Of a DNA stretch of 29,692 nt, positions 1 through 7,285 are shown in pieces. The DNA is from Atribacterota bacterium (lineage in GTDB: Bacteria > Atribacterota > Phoenicimicrobiia > Phoenicimicrobiales > Phoenicimicrobiaceae), in NCBI GenBank assembly GCA_041490145.1, contig JBGPSO010000001.1:1-29692 (forward strand). Direction: 5' to 3'. Numbering within the stretch: the first letter of the stretch is position 1; each line of letters opens with the position of its first letter. The translations under genes and the position numbers were made by a program. The notes under the pieces were generated by a model. That model was not told the origin of the DNA and ran no database searches. It saw nothing but the letters and a program-made list of their open reading frames with translations.

Positions 1-363
1 ATTGTAAATGAAATTCTTCCAGCCATAGAAGATGCTGATGGTATAATCTGGTTATGTCCTAATTATAATGATGCTATCTCAGCAAAGCTTATGGCAGTAA
101 TAAATAGAATGACGGTACTCTATAAGAGAGTAAAATTTTGGAACAAAACTCTATTTTCTATTATTGTTTCTGGAAACTCAGGGAGTGATTGTGTAGCTGA
201 ACAGTTATTAGGGGCCTTGAATATTAACAAGGGGTTTAGACTACCCCCTTATTTTGCCTTAATGGCTACCGCTAATGATCCTGGTGCAATAAAGAAAGTT
301 CAAGGAATAGAAAAAAGAGCAAAGGAATTTGCTGAAAATATAATAAAAGAGATTAAAAAATAA
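1..363 (+). CDS. 5'-truncated flavodoxin-fold / NADPH-dependent FMN reductase family protein (C-terminal part)
   Basis: Frame 1 is open from nt 1 (IVNEILPAIEDADGIIWLCPNYNDAISAKLMAVINR...). The 'ADGII..P.Y...S..L...I.R' segment is typical of FMN_red/flavodoxin-like proteins. The ATG at 91 in the ORF track is internal. Confidence 0.7.
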   Translation: MVNEILPAIEDADGIIWLCPNYNDAISAKLMAVINRMTVLYKRVKFWNKTLFSIIVSGNSGSDCVAEQLLGALNINKGFRLPPYFALMATANDPGAIKKVQGIEKRAKEFAENIIKEIKK

Positions 364-386
364 AAGAAAATAGATGGTTTAATAGG

Positions 387-1430
387 ATGCAGAATAAAGA
401 TATTAAAAATTTTACTTTAGATGAATTAGAAGAAGAATTTAAACATTTAGGAGAAAGAAAATATAGAGCTACTCAATTATTTTATTGGCTTTATAAAAAA
501 AATGTGGAAAATTTTGCAGATATGTCCGATTTACCTATAACTTTTAGAGATTTTCTTCAGGATAACTTTCATCTAAGTAATATAAAGTTAGTGAAGTTTA
601 CAAAATCGAAAGATCAAACAGAAAAATATTTATTTAAATTAGAAGATGGGAGTTTAATAGAAAGTGTGCTTATATTTTTCAATAAGAGATTGACTGAATG
701 TATATCATCTCAAATTGGTTGTAAATATAACTGCTTGTTTTGTGAAAGTGGTAAAAAAGGTTTGGTTAGAAACCTTTCCATTAGTGAAATTTTAAATCAA
801 GTTTTATTTGTAAAGAAAAAGATAAAGTCTAATCCCCACAATATTGTATTTATGGGAATCGGAGAACCTTTAGATAATTATGATAATGTTATAAAAGCCA
901 TTGGTATATTAAATTCTAAGGATGCTTTTAATATGGGAGCAAGAAAAATTACTATTTCTACTTGCGGGATAATACCAGCTATAAAAAGATTACAAGAGCG
1001 TAATTGGCAGATAGAATTATCTGTTTCTCTCCATGCCTCGGATAATAAATTAAGATCTTATCTAATGCCAGTAAATAATAAGTATCCTTTATATGATTTG
1101 ATAGAAGCTTGTAAGAATTATACGAAAAAAACAAAAAGACAGGTTACTTTTGAATATGTTTTAATTAAAGGAGTGAATGATTCACTGCATTATGCTGATA
1201 AATTAGCTAAATTAATTATTGGATTTAATTCTAAAGTAAACTTAATAACTTTTAATCCTGTTCCTCATTCTTCGCTTCAACCATCTAAGGTTATTCAGGT
1301 TAAGGACTTTAAAGATAAATTGATTACCAGTGGAATTCCCACTACCATAAGACAATCAAGGGGTAGTGATATATACGCTGCTTGTGGACAATTAAAGAAT
1401 TTATATCAAGGTAAAATTTTAGATTTTTAA
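387..1430 (+). CDS. rlmN: Dual-specificity 23S rRNA (A2503-C2)/tRNA methyltransferase RlmN (radical SAM)
   Basis: CISSQIGCKYNCLFC (CxxxCxxC), MGIGEPLDN, SLHA, C-terminal DIYAACGQL; 347 aa. Confidence 0.95.
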   Translation: MQNKDIKNFTLDELEEEFKHLGERKYRATQLFYWLYKKNVENFADMSDLPITFRDFLQDNFHLSNIKLVKFTKSKDQTEKYLFKLEDGSLIESVLIFFNKRLTECISSQIGCKYNCLFCESGKKGLVRNLSISEILNQVLFVKKKIKSNPHNIVFMGIGEPLDNYDNVIKAIGILNSKDAFNMGARKITISTCGIIPAIKRLQERNWQIELSVSLHASDNKLRSYLMPVNNKYPLYDLIEACKNYTKKTKRQVTFEYVLIKGVNDSLHYADKLAKLIIGFNSKVNLITFNPVPHSSLQPSKVIQVKDFKDKLITSGIPTTIRQSRGSDIYAACGQLKNLYQGKILDF

Positions 1431-1437
1431 TTAATTC

Positions 1438-1465
1438 TTGACTTTATAAGTATATTTGGTATACT
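1438..1465 (+). promoter_or_regulatory. Sigma70-type promoter for the tRNA gene
   Basis: TTGACT (1438-1443), 16-nt spacer, TGG-TATACT (extended -10, TATACT at 1460-1465), 26 nt upstream of the tRNA. Confidence 0.7.
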
Positions 1466-1491
1466 TTTAACGAAGATAATTATTAGAAAAA

Positions 1492-1567
1492 GGGCCCATA
1501 GCTCAGTTGGTAGAGCAACCGGCTCATAACCGGTCGGTCCCTGGTTCGAGTCCAGGTGGGCCCACCA
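1492..1567 (+). tRNA. tRNA with CAT anticodon, most likely tRNA-Ile2 (lysidine-modified CAU)
   Basis: 76-nt cloverleaf: acceptor stem GGGCCCA/TGGGCCC, D arm AGCTCAGTTGGTAGAGC, anticodon arm ACCGG-CTCATAA-CCGGT, GGTTCGAGTCC T arm, A73 and encoded CCA. G1-C72 pair and no GGG/CCC anticodon stem argue against fMet; overall sequence resembles Bacillus/E. coli Ile2 tRNAs. Confidence 0.93.
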
Positions 1568-1658
1568 AAAAACTAATATATTTTTATTAGTAGCAAACCA
1601 AGGTAGTAAAAAATTTTATGAAGAAATGTAAAATTGATAAAAGATTAGAGTTTTTGAG

Positions 1659-1700
1659 AAACCTTACTTCTTATATGTAGGAAGTAAGGTTTTTTTATTT
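1659..1700 (+). terminator. Rho-independent terminator after the tRNA
   Basis: AAACCTTACTTC...GAAGTAAGGTTT perfect 12-bp stem (extendable with a G-U pair), followed by a T run. Confidence 0.8.
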
Positions 1701-1740
1701 TAAAGCACTCTATTGATCTGAAGAGGGGAGGAATAGTTAA

Positions 1741-2454
1741 TTGATAGAGCCATTTGATATTCTATTAGAATTACAAAAAATAGATAATGATATAAATGAA
1801 GAAGAGAAAAAGAAAAGAGAGTTGCCCTCGAGAATAGAAAGAATTAATAAAGAAATTCAAGAATTAAAAAATGATCTAAAGAATAAACATGGAAATTATA
1901 AAGAATTGCAGCTTAAGTTGAAAAGAAAAGAATTAGATTTATCTGAAAAATCTAATAAGATCAAAAAACATCAGGAAGATTTATACGGAGGTAAAATATC
2001 TGATATCAAAGAACTTAAACAATTACAAAGGGTAATAGCTAATTATGAAGAAGAAAAAGATAATATTGAGAACGAACTTTTAAATTTAATGGAAGAAATA
2101 GAAGAACTTAATAAATTAGTTAATAAACTTGAGGAAGATTTAAAAGAGAAAGAAAAGTATTTACAAAAGCGTCAACAGGAAATGGAATTAGTAGCATCCA
2201 GAATAGAAGAGAATATGAATTCTTTAAACATTAAAAGAAAAGAAATGTTAAGTAAATTAACCGATAACCGTCTTCTGAAAGAATATGAACTATTAAAAAA
2301 AGAAAAAGGTGGAAAAGCCATTGTCAAGGTTAATAGTTCTATATGTTCAGGTTGCTATCTCGATCTTCCCAGTGATATTATTTATCAATTGAAAAAAGGT
2401 CAAATACTAATAACTTGCCCTAATTGTAACCGAATTCTGGTTTGGAAAGGGTAA
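1741..2454 (+). CDS. Coiled-coil protein with C-terminal C4 zinc ribbon (DUF164 / HP0958-CdsZ-like)
   Basis: Long heptad-rich helical region, then CSGCYLDL...ILITCPNCNRIL; TTG start with GGGGAGG RBS at 1725-1731. Confidence 0.88.
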   Translation: MIEPFDILLELQKIDNDINEEEKKKRELPSRIERINKEIQELKNDLKNKHGNYKELQLKLKRKELDLSEKSNKIKKHQEDLYGGKISDIKELKQLQRVIANYEEEKDNIENELLNLMEEIEELNKLVNKLEEDLKEKEKYLQKRQQEMELVASRIEENMNSLNIKRKEMLSKLTDNRLLKEYELLKKEKGGKAIVKVNSSICSGCYLDLPSDIIYQLKKGQILITCPNCNRILVWKG

Positions 2455-2464
2455 TTCAAGTCAA

Positions 2465-2493
2465 TTGACTTCTTAAAAATAAAATGGTATTTT
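2465..2493 (+). promoter_or_regulatory. Sigma70-type promoter for rnpB
   Basis: TTGACT (2465-2470), 17 nt, TG-G-TATTTT (-10 at 2488-2493), about 22 nt before the RNA 5' end. Confidence 0.6.
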
Positions 2494-2515
2494 AAAATAG
2501 AAAAAAGAGAATAGT

Positions 2516-2902
2516 TGATAAGTAGATCAGGTAATCGCGGAGGAAAAATATTTTCTTCCGAGGAAAGTCCGAGCTCCGTAGGGCAGAGTGCTGGGTAATC
2601 CCCAGTGAGGGTAACCTCGAGGAAAGTGCTACAGAAAATACACAGCCTAACACTTAAATCTGATACCAGACTTGAGTGTAGGGTAAAGGTGAAAAGGTAG
2701 GGTAAGAGCTTACCAGTTGTTAGGTGACTAACAAGCTTAGCAAACCCCACTTGGAGAAAGACCAAATAGGAAGAGGTGTAGCGGCCCGCTTTAATCTTCG
2801 GGTAGGTCGCAAGAGATGTAAGGTAACTTACATCCAAGATAGATGATTACCGCCCTTATAATTTAATAAGGGAACAAAACTCGGCTTATGATCTACTTAT
2901 CA
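2516..2902 (+). ncRNA. rnpB: RNase P RNA (bacterial type A-like)
   Basis: P1 helix TGATAAGTAGATCA (2516-2529) pairs perfectly with TGATCTACTTATCA (2889-2902). Conserved GAGGAAAGTCCGAGCT, GAAAGTGCTACAGAAA, GCAAACCCC and AACAAAACTCGGCTTAT (P4) motifs are present. Confidence 0.97.
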
Positions 2903-2911
2903 GAATAAAGT

Positions 2912-2964
2912 AAAAAAAGAGATATATGAATAGAAAATAATATCCTATATCTCTTTTTTTTATT
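2912..2964 (+). terminator. Terminator-like inverted repeat after rnpB
   Basis: AAAAAAAGAGATATA (2912-2926) / TATATCTCTTTTTTT (2946-2960), a 15-bp perfect but AT-rich stem with T tail. Confidence 0.6.
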
Positions 2965-3128
2965 TATTCTTCTTCAAATACTCTTCGTAAGTAAATCAAT
3001 TTTAAAAATTATCCATCTATCTTGCTCCAAAATAATAATTAAAATGCTGCTTTTATGGTTAGAAAAACAAGTTAAAACCGTCGAATTTTCCATATTTTAA
3101 AAAAAATAAAATATTTTTTCAAAAAAAG

Positions 3129-3153
3129 AGGATTTTTTAAAAAAATGTAGTAT
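3129..3153 (+). promoter_or_regulatory. Candidate alternative-sigma (SigH-like) promoter of the dcw cluster
   Basis: AGGA-TTT-N11-GTAGTAT resembles the Firmicutes SigH consensus AGGAWWW-N11/12-RNNGAAT. The same geometry recurs at 29635-29659. A TATACT hexamer overlaps at 3151-3156. Confidence 0.45.
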
Positions 3154-3163
3154 ACTATAAATA

Positions 3164-3189
3164 GTGGAGTGAAGTGGAGTGAAGTGGAG
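3164..3189 (+). promoter_or_regulatory. MraZ operator: three GTGGAG direct repeats at 10-bp spacing
   Basis: GTGGAG at 3164, 3174 and 3184, directly upstream of mraZ; matches the known GTGG[A/T]G x3 MraZ boxes. Confidence 0.9.
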
Positions 3190-3211
3190 GATTTAATCTA
3201 AAGGAGCATTT

Positions 3212-3643
3212 ATGTTTTTAGGACAATATGAACATACCATTGATGAGAAAGGGCGGTTAATTGTACCGGCAAAATATCGTGAACCTTTAGGTGATAATTT
3301 TATTATTACCTATGGTCTTGATGTTTGTCTTTTTGTGTACTCTCTTGAAGAATGGAAAACTCTTGCTGAGAAATTAAAGTTACTTCCCTTGGGACAAAGA
3401 GATGCACGAGCATTTAAGAGGATACTATTTTCTCGAGCTACTAATTGCACCATAGATAGTCAAGGTAGAGTAATTATTATGAAATATTTAAGAGACTATG
3501 CTCGGATTGATAAAGAAGTTATGATTATTGGGGTGTCAGATAGGATAGAAATCTGGAGTAAAGATATATGGCAAAAATATTTTGAAAAGATTGAAGGTTC
3601 ATATGAAGATATTGCGGAAAGGGTATATGAAAAAGAAGAATAA
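3212..3643 (+). CDS. mraZ: Division/cell wall cluster transcriptional repressor MraZ
   Basis: MFLGQYEHTIDEKGRLIVP, IDSQGRV, IIGVSDRIEIWS; 143 aa. Confidence 0.97.
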   Translation: MFLGQYEHTIDEKGRLIVPAKYREPLGDNFIITYGLDVCLFVYSLEEWKTLAEKLKLLPLGQRDARAFKRILFSRATNCTIDSQGRVIIMKYLRDYARIDKEVMIIGVSDRIEIWSKDIWQKYFEKIEGSYEDIAERVYEKEE

Positions 3644-3646
3644 TCT

Positions 3647-4573
3647 ATGGTGAATTCTTTTCATAGCCCAGTACTAATAAAAGAAGTTATATATTATTTA
3701 AATTGTAAGAAAGGGGGTATTTATATCGATTGTACTTTAGGAGGTGGAGGACATGCTGAATCAATTTTAGAAAAAATATACCCTGATGGTTTATTGATTG
3801 GTATTGATCAGGATATAGAGGCAATCGAAGCAGCAAGTAGAAAATTAAAAAATTATCTGGATAGAGTGAAATTAGTGAAAGATAATTTTAATAATTTAGA
3901 AGAGATTTTAAATAACTTAAAAATTAAAAAAGTCAGCGGAATATTTTTTGATTTAGGAGTTTCCTCTCACCAATTAGCAGAAAAGGAACGGGGATTTAGC
4001 TTTAAAGAAGACAGTTATTTAGATATGCGGATGGATTTAACCCAAAAATTTAATGCTGATATTCTGATTAATAGTTATTCAGAAAAAGATCTTATAGAAA
4101 TATTCCAGAGATATGGAGAAGAACGATTTTCTAAAAGAATTGCCCATTTAATAGTCATAGAGAGGCAAAAGAAACCTATAACTACTACCAAACAATTAGC
4201 TGATTTGGTGATAAGGGTTCTTCCTAAAACTCAAAAAAAGAGTTGGTGGAGAATTCATCCAGCCACTCGGATTTTTCAGGCTATCAGAATAGAGGTAAAT
4301 CGAGAACTTGAGTTCTTAGAAAAGGGGCTATATCAAGCTATCAAAGTTTTAGATGATAAAGGAAGGGTAGGTGTTATTTCCTACCATTCTTTAGAGGATA
4401 GGATAGTTAAAAATATATTTAAAAAAGCGGAGAAAGAAGGAATGGGACAAAAGGAGTATAACTTAAAGATTATTACTAAAAAACCAATTAGACCTTCTTT
4501 AGAGGAAATAAAGGGAAATCCTAAAGCGAGAAGCGCTAAATTAAGAGTGGCAGAAAAGATAATATCTATATAA
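3647..4573 (+). CDS. rsmH: 16S rRNA m4C1402 methyltransferase RsmH (MraW)
   Basis: HSPVL, DCTLGGGGHA, DLGVSSHQL, HPATRIFQAIRIEVN, SYHSLEDRIVK, NPKARSAKLR. Confidence 0.97.
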   Translation: MVNSFHSPVLIKEVIYYLNCKKGGIYIDCTLGGGGHAESILEKIYPDGLLIGIDQDIEAIEAASRKLKNYLDRVKLVKDNFNNLEEILNNLKIKKVSGIFFDLGVSSHQLAEKERGFSFKEDSYLDMRMDLTQKFNADILINSYSEKDLIEIFQRYGEERFSKRIAHLIVIERQKKPITTTKQLADLVIRVLPKTQKKSWWRIHPATRIFQAIRIEVNRELEFLEKGLYQAIKVLDDKGRVGVISYHSLEDRIVKNIFKKAEKEGMGQKEYNLKIITKKPIRPSLEEIKGNPKARSAKLRVAEKIISI

Positions 4574-4685
4574 TAAATGCATTAGTGGCTCATCTTTTAA
4601 AGAAGTTTTGACTTAATTTTTATAATAAAATTGACGATTTAAATTCCTAGTAATAAAAAATTTCGACGAAAAGTGGCGATAAAAA

Positions 4686-5129
4686 GTGAGAAGTAGTAAT
4701 AATATTATAATTAGTAGTAATTATGAATATAAAAATATGTTGGCTATTTATGGATCATTTTTATTTTTAGTATTTTTTATCACTTCCGTAATTATTTTTT
4801 ATATCTCGAATAATATTATATTAACAGAATTAGGATATAAATTAATAGAGTTAGAAAATACTAAGGTAATGTTAGAAGAACAGAATAGGAAGCTTGACTT
4901 AAATGTAGAGACTCTTTCTGCCTTAGATAGAATTGAAGAAGTTGCTTCTAACCATTTAGGGATGATTAGACCAAAAGAAGTGAAATATATTGTTTTAAAC
5001 CCTACTCCTCAGGTTAGTTCCCGAGAAGATATTGGAGTAATCAGTAATAATTATGAAAAAGAAAAGTACTTTTGGGCTAGTTTTAACCTAAATAAATTAG
5101 ACGACTTGATTTTAGGGCTATTAAAATAA
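4686..5129 (+). CDS. ftsL: Cell division protein FtsL-like (single TM plus coiled coil)
   Basis: Position between rsmH and the PBP gene; N-terminal TM segment, leucine heptads and LSALDRIEEVASNHLGMIRP motif. Confidence 0.75.
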   Translation: MRSSNNIIISSNYEYKNMLAIYGSFLFLVFFITSVIIFYISNNIILTELGYKLIELENTKVMLEEQNRKLDLNVETLSALDRIEEVASNHLGMIRPKEVKYIVLNPTPQVSSREDIGVISNNYEKEKYFWASFNLNKLDDLILGLLK

Positions 5130-5178
5130 TATTACTATCAGTTGTAAAAATATATGCAAAAAAAGGCGGGAATAGTTA

Positions 5179-6861
5179 TTGCTTTCCAAAGAAAAAAAAG
5201 AACGTATTACTTTTTTATTCATATTATTTATAGTTTTTTATTTTTTATTAATTTATAGATTATATAACATTCAAGTTATTCAAAGTAATAAATTTGAAGA
5301 AATTGCCCAACAAGAACACCTTACTTCTTTTTCTATTGAAGGAGAGCGAGGTAATATTTATGATAGAAATTTAAAGAAGTTAGTTGTTAATGTTAATGTT
5401 CAATCCTTATTTGCTATCCCACCTAAAATTGAAAATCCTCGAGAGGCTGCTTTAAAAATATCTTTAATTTTAAATTTAGAAACAAAAGAGGTATTGGATA
5501 AATTAAATCAGAAAAGACCTTTTGTATGGATAAAGAGAAAATTAAATGAAACAGAAGTTGAAGAGATTAAAAAATTAAATTTAGAGGGATTAGATTTTTT
5601 AAAGGAGAGCAAAAGATTTTATCCCAAACAATATTTAGCTTCTAATTTAATGGGATTTGTAGGGATAGATAATCAAGGTTTGGAAGGTTTGGAGTTATTT
5701 TTTGATCAGGAATTAAAAGGATTACCTGGTTTAGTAGTTTTAGAAAGAGATGCTTCGGGAGACGAAATACCACTTAGCATTAAAGAACTAAATACTCATC
5801 GGGACGGAAATTCTATTGTTTTAACTATTGATGAATTTATACAATATATTACTGAAGAAGCTCTAGATAAAGCTTTTCAGAAATACAAAGCTAAAGCCGG
5901 AGTTGCTATTGTAGTAGAACCAAAAACTGGCGAAGTTTTGGCAATAGCAGTAAGACCTTCTTATGATCCAAATTATTTTAATAAATATACTCTTGATCTT
6001 TGGAGGAACCTAGCAATAACTAATACCTATGAGCCGGGATCAACCTTTAAAATCGTTACTATAGCTACCGCATTGGAAGAAGGAGTAGTTAAATTAGATG
6101 ATCAGTTTTATTGTAAAGGATGGACAAATTATAATGGACATATTTTTCACGATATACACCAACATGGCTCACAAAATCTTACCGATATAGTAAAGAATTC
6201 TTGCAATGTAGGTGTAATTCAAGTTGGAACAAGGTTAGAACAAAAGGTTTTTGAAAAATCTATTAGAAGATTCGGATTTGGAACGTTAACTGAAATAAAT
6301 TTACCTGGTGAAGTGAATGGATTAATAAGAAGTTCTAAAGATTGGTCAAAAATATCTTTAGCCTCTATATCTATAGGGCAGGAAATTTCAATAACTCCTA
6401 TCCAATTAATAATGGCTATATCAGCTATAGCTAATCGAGGGACTTTGATGAAACCGTTGATAGTAAAGGAAATTTTAGATTCTAATCAAAATAGCGTTAA
6501 AGTATTTAAGCCAAAGGCAGTGCGGCAAGTAGTATCAGTTGAAACAGCTTTAACTATGACTAAAATATTAGAACAAGTAGTGATTGATGGAACTGGCATG
6601 GAGGCAAAACTTGATGAATACCAGGTAGCAGGGAAGACTGGAACTGGTCAAATATTTGATTTTGCTACTGGTAAATACTCTAATAGTGCTTATGTTTCAT
6701 TATTTGTAGGTTATGTACCAGCTGAAAATCCCAAAATATCTATTTTAATTTTATTAGATCAACCTAAAGGTAGTTATTACGGGGGAACGGTGGCTGCTCC
6801 GGTATTTAAAGAAATTGCTTCCAAAGTCCTCCCTTATTTATCAATTCCACCCAATCAGTGA
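5179..6861 (+). CDS. ftsI: Class B penicillin-binding protein (FtsI/SpoVD family), no PASTA domain
   Basis: N-terminal TM, RGNIYDRN, PBP dimerisation domain, SxxK (GSTFK), SxN (SCN), KTG (GKTGTGQ). TTG start. Confidence 0.9.
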   Translation: MLSKEKKERITFLFILFIVFYFLLIYRLYNIQVIQSNKFEEIAQQEHLTSFSIEGERGNIYDRNLKKLVVNVNVQSLFAIPPKIENPREAALKISLILNLETKEVLDKLNQKRPFVWIKRKLNETEVEEIKKLNLEGLDFLKESKRFYPKQYLASNLMGFVGIDNQGLEGLELFFDQELKGLPGLVVLERDASGDEIPLSIKELNTHRDGNSIVLTIDEFIQYITEEALDKAFQKYKAKAGVAIVVEPKTGEVLAIAVRPSYDPNYFNKYTLDLWRNLAITNTYEPGSTFKIVTIATALEEGVVKLDDQFYCKGWTNYNGHIFHDIHQHGSQNLTDIVKNSCNVGVIQVGTRLEQKVFEKSIRRFGFGTLTEINLPGEVNGLIRSSKDWSKISLASISIGQEISITPIQLIMAISAIANRGTLMKPLIVKEILDSNQNSVKVFKPKAVRQVVSVETALTMTKILEQVVIDGTGMEAKLDEYQVAGKTGTGQIFDFATGKYSNSAYVSLFVGYVPAENPKISILILLDQPKGSYYGGTVAAPVFKEIASKVLPYLSIPPNQ

Positions 6862-7257
6862 GTGTATAGCATCTCGTGAATTGTATCTCGTTTTCTAGCG
6901 TAGAGCGGGTAGCGTTTAATATGTAGGATAATTAGTCAGTTAGTATTTAGTGAATAGTATTTAATAATAAAACGAAAAATTAAAAGCGCAAAATGCAAAA
7001 CTATAACTAAAAATTAAAAATTGAGATAAAAAGTTTTGAGTTTTGAATTATGGTTTTTCGCTTTTAGCTTTACGCTTTTAGCTGTAAAATGATAACTTAA
7101 AATTGAAAAATTGTATTCAAAACCAACGACTTTCACTATCGACTAAATTAACTGGTAAACAGGATAACTGGGTAACTATATACTCGATACGCGATACGTA
7201 ATATACAATACGAGGTTAGATTGAAACACTATACGCAATACGATATACTATATACGA
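6862..7257. repeat. Nested palindromic element A (three bracketed arm pairs plus one orphan octamer arm)
   Basis: Outer TAT(A/C)TCG/TAGCG arms 6862-6915 and 7179-7257. Middle TAGT-heptamer arms 6931-6961 and 7120-7150. Inner A-rich/T-rich heptamer hairpin 6969-7020 / 7034-7082. Unpaired TAACTGGT octamer run 7149-7178. No ORF. Confidence 0.75.
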
Positions 7258-7285
7258 ATCAGGGAAATTAGAGGTAATTTATTCT

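Noticed and set aside
1492-1567. Initiator tRNA-fMet
   Set aside because: Has a paired G1-C72 and lacks the three consecutive G-C pairs in the anticodon stem. Elongator Met cannot be fully excluded.
2400-2837. 145-aa minus-strand ORF
   Set aside because: Antisense shadow of the RNase P RNA gene; no protein-family signal.
3164-3189. GAAGTGGAGT 10-mer tandem repeat as a novel element
   Set aside because: Fully explained by the known MraZ operator.
4574-4685. Internal promoter between rsmH and ftsL (TTGACT, TATAAT, TTGACG present)
   Set aside because: Hexamer spacings are 7 or about 12-14 nt, not 16-18; cannot be supported.
5179-6861. FtsI truncated by element A (no PASTA domain)
   Set aside because: The transpeptidase domain is complete, and many class B PBPs lack PASTA; no PASTA remnant is visible downstream.
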